A stretch of 64,000 bases of DNA, from positions 1-64,000 of the forward strand of contig JAAILG010000883.1 in NCBI GenBank assembly GCA_012026655.1. Reading direction: 5' to 3'. This DNA comes from Hydrolagus affinis (taxonomy: Eukaryota). The notes beneath the pieces were generated by a model that saw only the letters and a list, made by a program, of their open reading frames with translations, was not told the origin of the DNA and made no database searches. Made by a program: the position numbers and the translations under genes. Below, in pieces: positions 24,895 through 37,944 of the stretch (the stretch's first letter is position 1; each line of letters begins with the position of its first letter).

Positions 24895-25335
24895 CAACAA
24901 CGACAAAATTACATTTGTACAGTGCCTTTCATGTCGGAAAGACACCCCAAGGTGCTGGACAGTCAGTGTTTAAGACTCGAGCTGGGCTCAGGATCAGCAA
25001 GAGTGGAGGGAAAGGAGGTGATTTGGGCTGACCGATGGGACTGTCGAAGAGGAGGGTCTTTAGGCGGGTCTTGAAGAAGGATTGGGAAGGGGGCGAGGTG
25101 GAGAGATTGCATAATTCCGGATGTTGGGGACAGAGTGGCTGAAGGCTTGCCCGCCGATGGTGGGGTGGGTTGGTCAGGGAACATGGAGCAGGCCGGAGCC
25201 CACAGAGCAGATGGAGTGGGCAGGTTGGTAGGTGGTTAGGAGGTTGCAGAGGTAGGGTGGGGCAAGGCCATGGAGGGCTTTAAATGTGAGGATCTTTTAG
25301 TGATTCCTCTGGGTGATGAGAAGCCAATGGAGTCA
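24895..25335 (-). mobile_element. L2-clade LINE 3' fragment
   Basis: caacaacgacaaaattacatttgtacagtgcctttcatgtcgg...gaagaggagggtctttaggcggg...gctgaaggcttgcccgccgatgg...gggcaaggccatggagggcttt; reverse-complement homolog of 392-771. Confidence 0.9.
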
Positions 25336-25570
25336 TCCTTGCATTTATATTGTGTGATTCACATAGGATAATGTCTCGAAGCTCTTCACGGTGGTGAACT
25401 CAGATGTCGAGCAAGGGAGAAGCAGGAGGTGACTATAGACAGAGTTGAAGAAATAGGTTGTGGAATTTAAAGACGGGTAAAGAGTGAGGAAGGCAGAGGG
25501 ATAGAGGCCGAGAGTTCCAGAGATTTGTGGGATATTGATTGAAGACTTGGCCCCAATGGTGAAGTTTAGT
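25336..25570 (-). mobile_element. Second, older L2-type 3' fragment in tandem
   Basis: tccttgcatttatattgtg...gtctcgaagctcttcac...gagagttccagagatttgtgg...tgaagacttggccccaatgg. Confidence 0.6.
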
Positions 25571-26824
25571 TGGCTGCAAAAGCACAGCAAGGCAGACTGG
25601 GTGGCCCTTTGGACTACCTTTTAAGCTTCATCATGTTATTGAGGAGCTGGTGACAAGGCCAAGTCTTTACCAACATTCAAAATTGAATTAATTGCTTTCT
25701 GTAAGCATAAGAGGAACTCTGCCCTTCCACTTAGTTGTTTGTCTGCTGAATTCTCTTCTGCTGGACTCTCTTCTGTAGAGTTGAATACAGCTTTAGTGGG
25801 GAAATTAAACAGAAGACTTTGCTTTGCTACTGAAAACAATTTCAGGTTGATGGGGCATTAGAGGTAGTGTGGTCTCACAGGTAGAGGACTCAGTTTTGAA
25901 CAGAACTGGAGAGGTCAGCATTCAGTTGCCTGAGCTCAGGCTGAGCACACATCAACCTCATTATTTTATCATTACTAATGTCAGACTTGGTTTGGTATAG
26001 ACATGGACTGGTGTTTAGACTGAATGAACTTCTTCCACATTATGTTGGCATCAGTTATTATCCGGGAGCTAACACACTGTGGGGGAAAAAAAGCTGTTCT
26101 TGAGAGTCTGATCAGTGACAACACTGAAATACTGAGTCAACTAGAGGAATTAAGATACCCTGTTATTACCATTAGTCTGGTGTTGAATCTATGCAGCAGT
26201 AGGTAAATATTTGGTGTCAAACTGCTGGTATAATCGTAGCATGATTAAAAAAAAAGCTAGGTCACCTCGCTGCAGGGAAAATATTATTTTGGATATTTAT
26301 CAACAGTTGGGGCTGCAAACAATCTGCCACCGTTGAAATGTTCCTTCAAATTGTTAGGTCAATTCTTCAAATCTCCCAACGAGGGCACAAGTAGCCAGTG
26401 ATATCATGGTGTACAGCGATGATTACAAAGCAAGTGAGCCTCATGGCAGATTGAAATTACAGATCTGCATCGAGTGGAAGCAGTTCTGTGATATACTGGT
26501 TTGCCGGTGCTGTAGAGATCAGAAGAAAAGCAAGAATGACAAAATGTCATTTGACCCACTAGAGCTCATCGGTTTACTGTATTAACATCCCCAGCACGGC
26601 ATGAAGCCGCATGTTGAATAACCCGATAGTTTGCTTCTCTTATCTTGCTTGGTAGATTCCTCTGAAACATACATCGCTCTTTACTCGTCCTTGTCTCATT
26701 GCAGGCAGATATGCACAGCACCTGCGGTGACAACTATACGTGCACATGAATGCACCTGAGCAGCTGTTTGCCAGTCGTGCGTCCAAGCTTTCATAGTGAC
26801 GGAGAAAGGTTCATAACCACTGCA

Positions 26825-27010
26825 GCAACAACTTGCGTTTATATAGCGTCCCTCACACAGGGTAGCATCTCAGAGGGCTTGACAGTGGCGGAGCACAACT
26901 CTGAGCCCGGGGAAGGTGACCATAGGCACGGTTGAATAGTAAGGTCTTCAGGCTCGACCTGAAAATGGGGAAGGAAGGGGCGAGGCAGAGGGTTAGAGGA
27001 AGAGTATTGG
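26825..27010 (-). mobile_element. L2-type 3' end
   Basis: gcaacaacttgcgtttatatagcgtccctcac...catctcagagggctt...gaatagtaaggtcttcagg. Confidence 0.7.
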
Positions 27011-30000
27011 GGTGTAGTGCTTGTACAGGTGGATGGGGCTCGTAGCCCGCCTAAACATGTGCAGAGAGGTGCCCTGGATTGTGTAATTAACCATTAATGG
27101 AAAGGATGACCTATAAACCATTTTCATTATTTCCTAACTCCATAAACGAACGAATGGTAGCTATTCCATCTGTGCACTTGCATTTGCACATGGTGTACAT
27201 TGCTCGCAAATTTAACCCCATTATAGAAACCCACTTCCTTAAAATGGCCATCTACCATAAGAAATGCAGTAAATGTCTTTCAATGTTTCTTCTCCTGACT
27301 CTTTCTGGACAGATGGTAGTTAGCCCTTTAAGATCAGAACTAATGCACAACTACTAGGTTGTGGCGTTATTTCGGTTGAAATTTGAAAAGCTACTCATGC
27401 AAGTCTTAACCAGATCATTTGTGTCATTTACCGCATAATGGCAGCTCTTCACTTAGGAGTGGGTTTTATGAGGAACCATCAATTAATAATATAAAAGTCA
27501 TTGGAGGACTGGAGGAAGAGAGAAGCACGTAGTTATGTATTTGTCAATTGTCACCTCATTCCTTTTTTTAAGGTCTGGAGCATGTGTATCTAATTTATTA
27601 TTCCTTTACTGCTGAATTTGTATGAAAGACCTGAAGAAAAGGCAGATGGATGGTGAGATGTAAGTGCTAAATCTCTCAGATTGCTTTCCACACAGTGGAA
27701 TAAAGATTTAATGAAAGTTAGTCATCACAAATGATGTCATTAGCATATTCCCAATAAGAGAGATTACATATAAATTCCCAGAGAAAATGCAATGAATGAC
27801 TACCTTAGGATTTGTGTGAAACTAACATTCAGCAATCTTTCTCCACCCTTCCTGAACAAAAACAGAGCATTTTACAGACTGTGGGAAAGGGGTCTTTGGG
27901 GGCATTATCCTGTAGGTGTCTTTATTTTGTTTTAGTGGGAATGCTGAGGTTTAAATGTTAAGATACCCTGGATTTTGCAAACTTATGTTGTTGGAGCAAA
28001 GGATGAGTGGTTTAAAATGACAAACTCTACAGATGGCATTATTGATTTGAGCCAGTGGGTGGCAGATGGTCAAGCAAAGTCTCCGAGGATAACAGCCACA
28101 ATTTTCTTTTATTATAATTTTGATGGGGAGAAATAATCAGTTGCATTCTTCTCCAATAACAGAGGCTTCTCTTTTTTCCAAGGGGAAAAAACCCCCACAG
28201 AGCTGAAGCATCCTGTTTATCTGGAAATTTCCCATGACTTGATTTACAAATGTTAGGATTCCTTTTGGTCTTCTTTATTCTTAGTAAAATGGTAGAAATC
28301 ATTAATTACATTTTCTGTCACAGACAAAGACACTTGTCATTGTCCTGATGTCTTGGCAATTTAATAGTATGTATTCACCTAGTTCCCACCTATTCTGTGA
28401 AAACTGAATAGAATTGCATTGCTCACTGTGACTACAAAGAGCCTCAATTCCCACACTAGAGATTGCACATATCTTGCGAGGGCAACAACTGAATATTTTG
28501 AGAAAGGGAAATATTATGAATATGTATAGAATGTGATTGCATCTTTCATCTTAATCAGAATACACTGAGAGCTTGCATTGTGAGCCAAGCTGAAGGGCTG
28601 CTCTGCTCTGCATTCTGAATCTGCACAGCACTGCTTCAGATCGCTTTCCAAGACGCCACTTTGTCAGTGCAGGCAAGAAAAGTGTTATTAAACAGACATC
28701 ACAATTTCATAAATTAAAATGGCAGTTTGGAGGCTGACTGAGCTGAAAAAGAAGTCTTTGAATGGAGTTTAGCCAAATTCTTTCCTGAACAGGGCTCGAG
28801 AATTTGAAATGTTCAGGTACGTGTGTGTGGCACTGACATGGTAATTACTAAAAGCTGTAATGTGTTATGTCTTGTCAAACCAGCATAGGGAATATCTGTG
28901 ATATTATAATTGACATCACCAGTGTGTTTAGTGGTTAAAGAAAAAGGTCTATGTCTTAAAATCTTAAATCTAATTGTTATTAACAACGAAGGAATAAATT
29001 ACTCTGGATCCTGTCTAAGAGGCTCACTTTGCTGGAATACAGAAAGCACACTACCAGCAAGGGATGTATATGTTATCGAGTGTTTTTTTTGTTGCGTGGT
29101 TTCTCTTTTAGACAGGGAGCCATAAGCCATGCATATTGCATGAGAGGTTGTAGCAAAGAGAAAGCATCATAGTGAAAGCCTTAGCTTTTAGCTGCTTATT
29201 CATTATCCATAAAGAAATGTGACTAATTGTAGATTAATGGTAAATAAATGAAATATTTCATAGAATCCTCACATAAACTCTGCAAATAGAAAAGGCTTTA
29301 ACCTTTTTACCTCTGCTAATAGCAAAGGCTTTACCCTTTTGAGTCAAATTAAGTGAATTCTTCTGTGTTTGTTCCAAACATAGAAATTAATTGTTATTAG
29401 CTTAAAGAGATGGTTCACAAATGGCCAGTGACCTGTGTATAAACATATACTTAACACAGCATAACCTGGGGTCCACATTGATTTTTAATTAAATCTCAAA
29501 GTAGCTTAAATCATTTTACTTCCATATTTAATACACTCGTACTTTTCCATTATTTGTACTGAATCGACAACACTATTATTATGAAATAGCCTTTAGCTGG
29601 ATAAATTTCAATGGGGCCAATTACATGACGATGTCAATGTTGCCAATTAGTAGTTTTGGAATGATTTTTGCCTAGTAATCTCGTGTGTCTATTAAATGAA
29701 CCTACACACCTGTGCATTTCACTCGCGTTGTGAGTTTTGTTCAAAAGCAGAAGAGCAAGAGTCATTGTAAATAGATAATGTCATACATTTTGGCTTATGT
29801 TCTCATTCTGTTTGTTTGTGGGTGTGTGTAATATTGTAAAATATTGATTAATTCTGAGTGGTGACCTACCTTCTCAAATTTCTCAAACTCAGGTAAAGGA
29901 ATAAAACTGAAGATTGTGTCATCCACCTCAACTCAAAATAAGGCATTATAGAGTTAAATAAATTCGGAACCTTTAAAAGTCAGTAACAGATTATAAACTG

Positions 30001-30494
30001 TGTCATTCACAAATGTCACTTTCAGCCACCTTGTTCTGGCACCAGGCTTTGATGCAATATTTATTTAATATTACTGTACCCATTTTTCTAGTTCTACTGC
30101 CAAGTCAATGAATACTTCATCCTTTGTCACAGGAAGGTTTTGCAAACTAAAATTCATCTGTACTGCTGGAAGCAAAGCAAAATCAATTTCAGCATAGAAT
30201 AACATGGAGCGGGAAACCCTATTCATACTTCCCTTCCTCTTTGCATTGTTCAGTGAGGTTAAGCACTTTTTGTAGTTTGATGAATATGCATAGCTCTGAA
30301 ATGGAGAGTTTGTTTTTAAAACAGCTTCAGGCAGGAGTAGAATATTCGTATATCATGTCCACCCATTTGACTGCCCCAAATATTCCTTTGTCATATCCGT
30401 TTCCTCGCTAAATGTATCTGAATCCTTTAATTTCCCAGAACTTCTTCAGTTCCTTTTGAAAACCTTTTAGATTCTAAAGTTGAAAAGGAGACAA

Positions 30495-31035
30495 TTAGAA
30501 CCATGGAAATCTACGGCACAGAAGATCATTCTGTCAGTCATGTCTGTGCCAGCTCTCTCAAGAGTAATCCTTTCAGTCCCATTTACCTGCCCTTTCCCAG
30601 TACCCCTGTAGCTGACTTTTTTTAAGCTATCTGTCTAATTCCCTCTTGAAGGCCAATATGGATTTTGCCTCAACCGATCACTCCTGACAGGGCATTCCAT
30701 ATCCTAACTCCTCTGTGGGTGAAAAAAATTCTCCTAACCGCCCCATTTGCTCAATTGCCAACAATTTAATTTGATGCCGTAAGGTTACTGACTCACCAAT
30801 CAGTGGAAATAGTTTCTTCTGATTTACTCTATCAAAACACCTCATAATTTTAAGGACTCATTAAAAGACCCTGGGTACCGATCAACCTGCTTTGTTCCAA
30901 TGGGAAAAAAAAGAATTCCTCCAATTCTCACTCATCCACAGTACCGTCAGTTAATCTTCTCTGACATCTAAAGCAGGATGACCAATACTGGACACAATAT
31001 TCTACCTGCAGTCTGACTAATGATTTATATAAGCA
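30495..31035 (-). mobile_element. CR1 LINE 3' fragment (ORF2 C-terminus and 3' UTR)
   Basis: tagaaccatggaaatctacggcacagaag...catgtctgtgccagctctc...ctaattccctcttgaag...gcattccatatcctaac...tctgtgggtgaaaaaaattctcct...tggaaatagtttc...ctcataattttaa...actggacacaatattc, the canonical antisense CR1 block order. Confidence 0.88.
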
Positions 31036-31479
31036 ATTTATATACTGCTTAACACTATCCATTCAACCAAGCATAGATCTTTGGGGAATAGTATTGGGCT
31101 TCATTCACACTTACATTGCAGTAATGTGAATCCAAGTGCTATCAAAACCACCTCTTCAAACTGATCTTGGCACGGCTGAAACCAGATTTGTACTTTTTTT
31201 CGGCAAATTGCCATTTGCCATGAAAAGTGCAGTTATTTATACAGGGTAAGTGTTAGAACAAAGAAAATTAAACTGCAGTTCGGCTCCAAGAAATATAGTT
31301 AGTTCCCAATTTTCTGTCAATGACACCTTTAATTGAATAATATTTTTGTACCAGTGGAAGTTTATCCATAAATTTCAATACGTACACCAAACAAAGTTTG
31401 TGGATCTCAACAATATAGTTCTGAAGTTGTGCATGAGTTGCATTGTAAATTATATTTTAAATCCTTTCTACACTTGTTT

Positions 31480-31712
31480 CTGTACTATTTCATCAGGGTG
31501 AAAAATTGTTTTGCCATCAGATTACAAAATTGGCAAGAGCACCAGATATCTTCAGTCTCTTGGAGATTATGTTTTCATTAATTTGTTCTCTGCTACATCT
31601 TGTATTTGATTTATGGGATAGAAATCCCTATGATCGTGTGTACATGGGAAGTTGGGTCCATTTGGGATCAATTTGACCCAAATTAGCTTGCTCCTGTTCT
31701 GATGTTCTTTCT
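31480..31712 (+). mobile_element. CR1 LINE 3' relic
   Basis: caagagcaccagatat...gttttcatta...gggatcaatttgacccaaattagcttgctcctgttctgatgttc. Confidence 0.45.
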
Positions 31713-33272
31713 TGTTCAAAACGGCTGAAGCCAGGTGTTATAAGGGAAGATGTTAATTTAGATCAATGACTAAATACATAGACAAACGCCACCAGTTACA
31801 TGGAAATGAGGAGCAGCCAGTGCCCGATGCTGGAGGAAAGCTAACAATAGATAAACGTATTAATATGGACATTATGCTCGTACATGTACCTTGTTCTGTA
31901 CATGTAACTTGTTCAGAGAGAATTAACGTGGAACATTGTGGAATGAGACTTTATGTAACTACAGTCCCTGGAACTAGAAAGCACCTTTATTTGATTGTAC
32001 CATTTAACTGCAGTTTGCCATTTACAAACTGAAGGAGTGGAACTTTGTTCGAATATTGTTATTTTTTGGGGCTTATACAGTATTGGATTTTTTTTCTCTC
32101 TCTGGATGTCGTTATTGCCCCTTGGGATGCCTTGCATTGGTATTTAAAAGGGAAGTCCCTTTACAATGCATTGGGAGGTGACCTCTTGACAGTACATTCA
32201 CCTGTTACTGCATTTTATGACTTCAGTTGCGGTGCAACACAGCTGAACAGTATGGAATAAATCACAGCTCCCAGGAACTAGGATTCGGGCGCACTTGAGC
32301 GTATTTTCCTATTTGTTGGGTCTCAGCAAGTAAGCACACATCTTTTAGGAAGATTTACAGCAGGTATTTTAATTTAAACTGCTGCATATATTTTGGACCT
32401 TCACTACGTATTGTCCTATGTTGATACACACACACACACAAATACAACCTGGACAACATTAAGCTATTTGGTAAAGTCTTGGTCATCTTTACACTGCAGA
32501 CAATAGTTGACATAACTTCACTGCAACGATGAATGTCAACATTGATGTACGTTCAGCCGCCACGTACTATCCTCTGCTGTTGGCATTAGGTTCTTTTTGT
32601 TGAGCCGTGTGTCTGTGTCTTGACACATGCAGGAACCTTTGCTTACAAGTATTCCAACCAAACGGAGAGTTCCAGGCGTCCCACCTAAACATGGAAATTC
32701 CAGAAATGTTTATTGGAATGTTATGTGCACTCTCTCCTTTTGCATTAGTTTAGCACCCAGGATGGCAGAGCACCACTAACAAAGGTATAATGTAATTGGG
32801 GGCATTTAGGCAGTATGTGTGATGTGTTCTTTTCATTCATGTTACTTAAATAGCAAAATCTTTGTATTGCAGCTCTTTGTGTCCTCTAACTGGGGGAGAT
32901 TTTCGGATAAAATCAATTACTAGAATAGCCAGTGTTTATACTTGAACTTTGCATTCTGTTGAAATTTGCCCACTGGACAGAGTCTGCAGCAGTGCAGGTT
33001 GTGAAGTGCATCCCAGCGCAAGTGATGTGTGAGATAATGAAATTATTTTGATGCTGAGGATGTCAACACTGTTTCTAATGTAGTGAATTGTCTTGTATGA
33101 TCAATTAAGGAAAATTTATGAGAAGGCTGCAGCAAACCACGTGTGGTTGTTTGCCATCATGGTGATGATAATGGACAGATTCTTTTTACTTAGACATTTC
33201 TGGTTCCTCAGCCTAATCTAACTGACAGTGGTTGCGTGGAACCATGCAATGGTTTAGGATGATTCAGCGAAT

Positions 33273-33345
33273 ACAACAAAATACAACAACAAAATTATAC
33301 TTGTATAGCGCCTCTCATGTCGAGAGGACGTCCCAAGGCGTTAGA
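33273..33345 (-). mobile_element. Very short L2 3' tail insertion
   Basis: acaacaacaaaattatacttgtatagcgcctctcatgtcgagaggacgtcccaaggcg. Confidence 0.85.
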
Positions 33346-34161
33346 TTACCAGCAGGATTTAAAGGGATACAATTTTCCCAATCTGGTTTGGAAAACCATT
33401 TTTATTTTTGATTAAGTGTCGGTGTTAAATGATATTAATTGGTTTTGAATAGACCGTTGAGTACACTTGTGTGCCATCAGAAGGCCTTTATCTGGCACAA
33501 AAATGTTATAGTTTCCATTAACAAATGAAACCTTCTGAAAAAATATTTTTGTGATTGCAACTACCGAAATAACAGACGACTTTTGCTTTCCTGGTTCTTC
33601 AGTTGCAATGACCGTTATTTCAGTTGCAATGATCTAGAAAATAAGGTTTAAAATAGGCCTAATGTATCTTGCGTCTTTACAACACTTACTCTAGCCCAAC
33701 ATCTATTCATTCTGGAGACTGAGATTCAGTGAGATTCAGGTAAGTAAGCACCAGGAAATCCAGCTACTTTTCCTTACGAGGTGTCTGCCTCTGCAACATG
33801 TCACATAAAAGGCAGATGATGTATTCAATTTCTCCTGTGTTAGCCCAGGGAAATAAAGTATTAGATACATGAGTATTTGCCAAGAAGTAAGGTTCTCTAA
33901 TGGCGTGCTTGAGAAGTGTAGCAATAAGTGTGTCTATGGAAAACTCCTTCCTCAACAAGTGCCTGTGGTTTAAATCATAAACGGATTTTCATAGTTAGTG
34001 CCAATATAAATTCAACATTCTTCAGACCTCACCAATGGAATATTTGGACTAAAATAACAATAACGAAAGATAAATTAGAGCTCGTGAAAATTTGTTAAGA
34101 GTTCAGTGCTGTTTCATCATTCAAGAAGATTTCATTAAATAAGTTGTCTTTTTGTGTGGTG

Positions 34162-34368
34162 ACAACAATAACAACAAAATTACACTTGTATAGCACCTTT
34201 CACATCAGGAGGATATCCTAAGGTGCTGGTCAGTCATTGCTTCAAACACAAGCTGGGGTCGGGGATGGGGAGGGTGGAGGGAAAGGGGGAGATTTGGGGT
34301 GACCGATGGGACCGTCGAAGAGGAGGGTCTTGAGGTGGGACTCGAAGGAGGCAAGAGAGGGGTGAGGC
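34162..34368 (-). mobile_element. L2-clade LINE 3' fragment
   Basis: The end of ORF 34242-34628 reads PSLASFESHLKTLLFDGPIGHP, matching ORF 356-697. The tail reads acaacaataacaacaaaattacacttgtatagcacctttcac. Confidence 0.9.
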
Positions 34369-35427
34369 AATAAACATTGACCAGTTGTTGCCACAATTTG
34401 ACTCCTTCTCACTCCGTCCCTGACAGCTTTGAGCAGATCGGCGAAGAGCTGAAATACTTGGGAGAAAACAGCAGAATCAGCACTCCTAACTGTATCTACA
34501 AGAGACAAGTTAGCATTATGACATTGGCAATGTCCCTGAATTATGTGTGAACGGTTTAGAAATGAACACCTTTTCTTAAATATAGTTAAAAAAATAAAGA
34601 ATATGTAATAGCCAAGAATTCCCTGCAAAGTGTAACATTAATACTGTAGTTACATTATTAACCTGATGATTGCAGTAAATATTACCACATTATCCTGATC
34701 ATTTCCAGACTTGCCAATTTATCACAGAAATCCTGGAATTTCTGGTAACCTCACCACTCTCTGAGGCTGAGACAGATTTAATGTGGCAGACTGTAATTTG
34801 TTGCCTGTTTACAATAGAAGAAAGATGTGTACTGAAATGTTCTCTCCTGACCTGACCGAAGCTGATGTTAAGGTGTGAGGAATGAAATCACGCCAACCAG
34901 TCTAGCTCCTTTTAAAATGTTTTTACGCAGAAGCTTCTTCTGCTACATACACGTGAGTTCATTCCATAAATGTAATTTTAGCATTGTTGTCCATTGAAGG
35001 GGAATTAATGCACTATTCTGCTCCATCGCTAAGTGTACTGACTTTGTCTTTATGTGCTTGGAAATAGCAATAACCCCATTTATATTTTTAAAGAACTACA
35101 ATGCAAATGTAAATTTTAATTTTAAATTTTAAATAGAACTATGTTTTTTAAATAAGCACCGAGGACTCACTAGCCGAACTGAACAGAATTGAATTGCGCT
35201 TAACAAATATCAACTACAAAGAGCATGTAGAAGAGAATAACCATTAAATGGAGGGAAGAGAGAGGCTGAGGGAATTAAACTTTCTTATTCGCCCTGAGAT
35301 TTGATATCTCTGGGTCGAATGCTATAGTTTGGCTTTATGTTGTAGTTTTTCAAGCCTCATGTGGGCTGATTTAAAAAAACAAGTTTGGTTTCCTTACCCT
35401 CACCCTAGCTCCCCACCCCCACCCCCT

Positions 35428-35446
35428 ACACACACACACACACACA
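35428..35446. repeat. (CA)n microsatellite
   Basis: acacacacacacacacaca. Confidence 0.9.
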
Positions 35447-35490
35447 GGGTATGACCAAATGTTGGTTGGCTTTTAAAAAGTTTCCCATGA

Positions 35491-35649
35491 GCTAAAATGG
35501 ACTTCAACATCTAAACTCCAAACTTACATTTATATAGCGCCTTTCACGTGGAGAGGACGTCCCAAGGCGCTGCTAAAATGGACTTCAACATCTAAACTCC
35601 AAACTTACATTTATATAGCGCCTTTCACGTGGAGAGGACGTCCCAAGGC
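35491..35649. repeat. Perfect tandem duplication, 78-bp unit with 81-bp period, containing a short antisense L2 tail
   Basis: 35491-35568 is identical to 35572-35649 (gctaaaatggacttc...ggacgtcccaaggc). Confidence 0.97.
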
Positions 35650-36269
35650 AGTAGGGACTTGTAATGACAGCTCCAGCACACAAACACTCACACACAGGCA
35701 GGTCCCAAATGTTATGTGTTATCCATGCAATGGGGATTTCTTTTCACAAATATGGGCCAAATTATATCACTGGGGCATTATTGGCCATTGGCTCCTTCCC
35801 ACATAAGTTTAAGCACTCCTCCTGCTGGGCTACTGAGGAGCAGCACTAAGGATACATGTGAAAGATGGCCTGAGGTAGGCGTCTTCCAAATGGGAGCATT
35901 AATTCTAACCCATATACAATCACTGCACTCTATACAAATTCAAAATGGTATCATGTCTAACCCAAAATAGAAAATGTGTTGCCTATCGCTTCAGGTTTGA
36001 GGCTGACGTGAAACTGCCCCATAGGTTGCAAACTCAACCCTACCTCTGAGAACAATTCCTGCAGCGCAACTTGAATTATTTCTTTTTAACAAAGAATTAT
36101 TGAAAGAATCGGAGGGAGTAGAACATGTTTGAAAGTAGAGTAGCTGCAGCCACTATACAGAGTGTGAGTTTGCCTGCAACAAACCATGCAGTGCCCCAAC
36201 TCGGATCAAAGGACTTCACCTGCCGAGTTAGTATCCAATACTACGTGTGGTGAGGAAGCAACGACAAAG

Positions 36270-36600
36270 GAATGTATTCTAATTTAAGAAAAAGATGCCA
36301 AGTTTAAGATAGGATTAAGGAGATGAATTTTCAATTAGGGTAACAGCATGCTGTGGAATGCAATGGGTGGTGGGTAGGTGCTTGTTATAATATTTTGCTC
36401 ACAAGGAGAGAATGATGCTTGGTAGGTATGATCCCTGGGTCTGGGATGCATTGACGACTTGGGAATGGCTCAACATGTTTTGCGGTTGGGGTGACATAGG
36501 ACTCAAAACACTTGAAATGAAGGGAATGATAGGGTGCAAGCAGGTCCAGGAAAGTTTAAATTATCCTGGGCCCAACTGGTTTGGATGCATACTTATTCTT
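36270..36600 (+). mobile_element. Degraded CR1 LINE 3' fragment
   Basis: caagtttaagat...taaggagatg...agggtaac...tgtggaatgc...gggcccaactggttt; CR1 C-terminal motif order. Confidence 0.45.
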
Positions 36601-37944
36601 CAGCATGCATACTGTGTTGTTGAGACCAACACTATCATTGCAGTGACTGTTCTATTAAAATGTCAGAAGTATTGTTTAATTGTTGTAATATTGGCCTGAC
36701 ACTACAAAAAGAATGCATTATTTTAATTGCACGACAAAAAAATGGTTTAGTTCCATTTGTCCTTTTTTTTTATCCCCTCTACTTTCTCTCGCTTGCTCTT
36801 ATTGTGAGTAAGTCTGTTTGTTCATATGTCACTGTTGTACGGCAACTGCTGATGTAATTCAGCTGTTGTAAATGAAAATTGTGAATGTGTTCTGATGGAG
36901 TTAACTTCGACGATTTCAGTAATGCAGAACCATATTGAACTATTGGTCCTTACTGGTTATGCTCTTATTTGTATAATGACACACTAGAGATATCGACAAG
37001 GCAAAACCCTTCCTCTGATTTTCTCCTCTCTTTTCCCGGAGAAGACGGCTCATTATGTGTTGCTGTTGCAGGGGTGTGGGGTAGTTTTCAACCGTTGCAA
37101 AATGACCATACTTTACGTGGGAGCTCAGTCAGTGAGAATTCAGAGTTAATTTCCTTCCGACATCTGTTTTCGTGTACTCATCTGCTATCTTTTCTCACAT
37201 CTTCTTGCATGTAGTTTTACAATTCACCTCTGCTCAGTCACTTTGGCCTTTCAAAACTATCAGCTGAATTAATTTTCGCTCGGCTATCTGGCTGAGCAGA
37301 ACGGCTTGACAGCATGTTGAAAATGTGTGTTGCTGCATCAATCTGGAAACATAAGTTATGTGACCTACACTCGAAATGCTTTTTCAAGCTTTTTTTTTCC
37401 AGGGTTTGGGGAACGCCAAAGATGGTGTCATGCCATGCGGGCATTTGTCCGTTGTCATTGCTAAAGATGTTTATGGGCCATGTACTGTCCACATTCTTTG
37501 AAGTTCGATGAATTCTTTCCCAGGCCATGTTTTAAAGGAAAACAAATTTCGAAACCTACATTCGAGGGTAATGGAAAAAAACAACAGTCATTTTCTAATG
37601 TTATTTGAATTGGAACATCGCCACACTTTTAATTTCCCCCAATGCCCATATCAGACACCACATTACTGTTATTTTGCCCTTTACCCTTATTAAAGAATTC
37701 TGGTGCAATCGATATAAAATATGCAACCTTTTTTCCGGGAATGATTATTGTGTTTCAAAAGTTAATTCCGTATTTCATGAAGTAAGACTTTAAACCGAGC
37801 TTGGGAGATTTTATTTTCAACATAATTATCATTGTAAAGTCTGATGTACTGATAGAGATTTGAGGATTCAGCTATCTCTCTGATCTTTATAATGCAGTAC
37901 TTCCTTTTTATTATTTTATAAATAAGTTTTCCACATCCGTTCCC

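Noticed and set aside
26400-26585. Open frame containing MVYSDD, resembling an RT YxDD motif
   Set aside because: No flanking RT motifs; probably chance.
31475-31500. Minus-strand CTGATGA...GAAAC and other isolated CTGANGA hits (10079, 54887) as hammerheads
   Set aside because: No pairable stem II, or no GAAA box at the right spacing.
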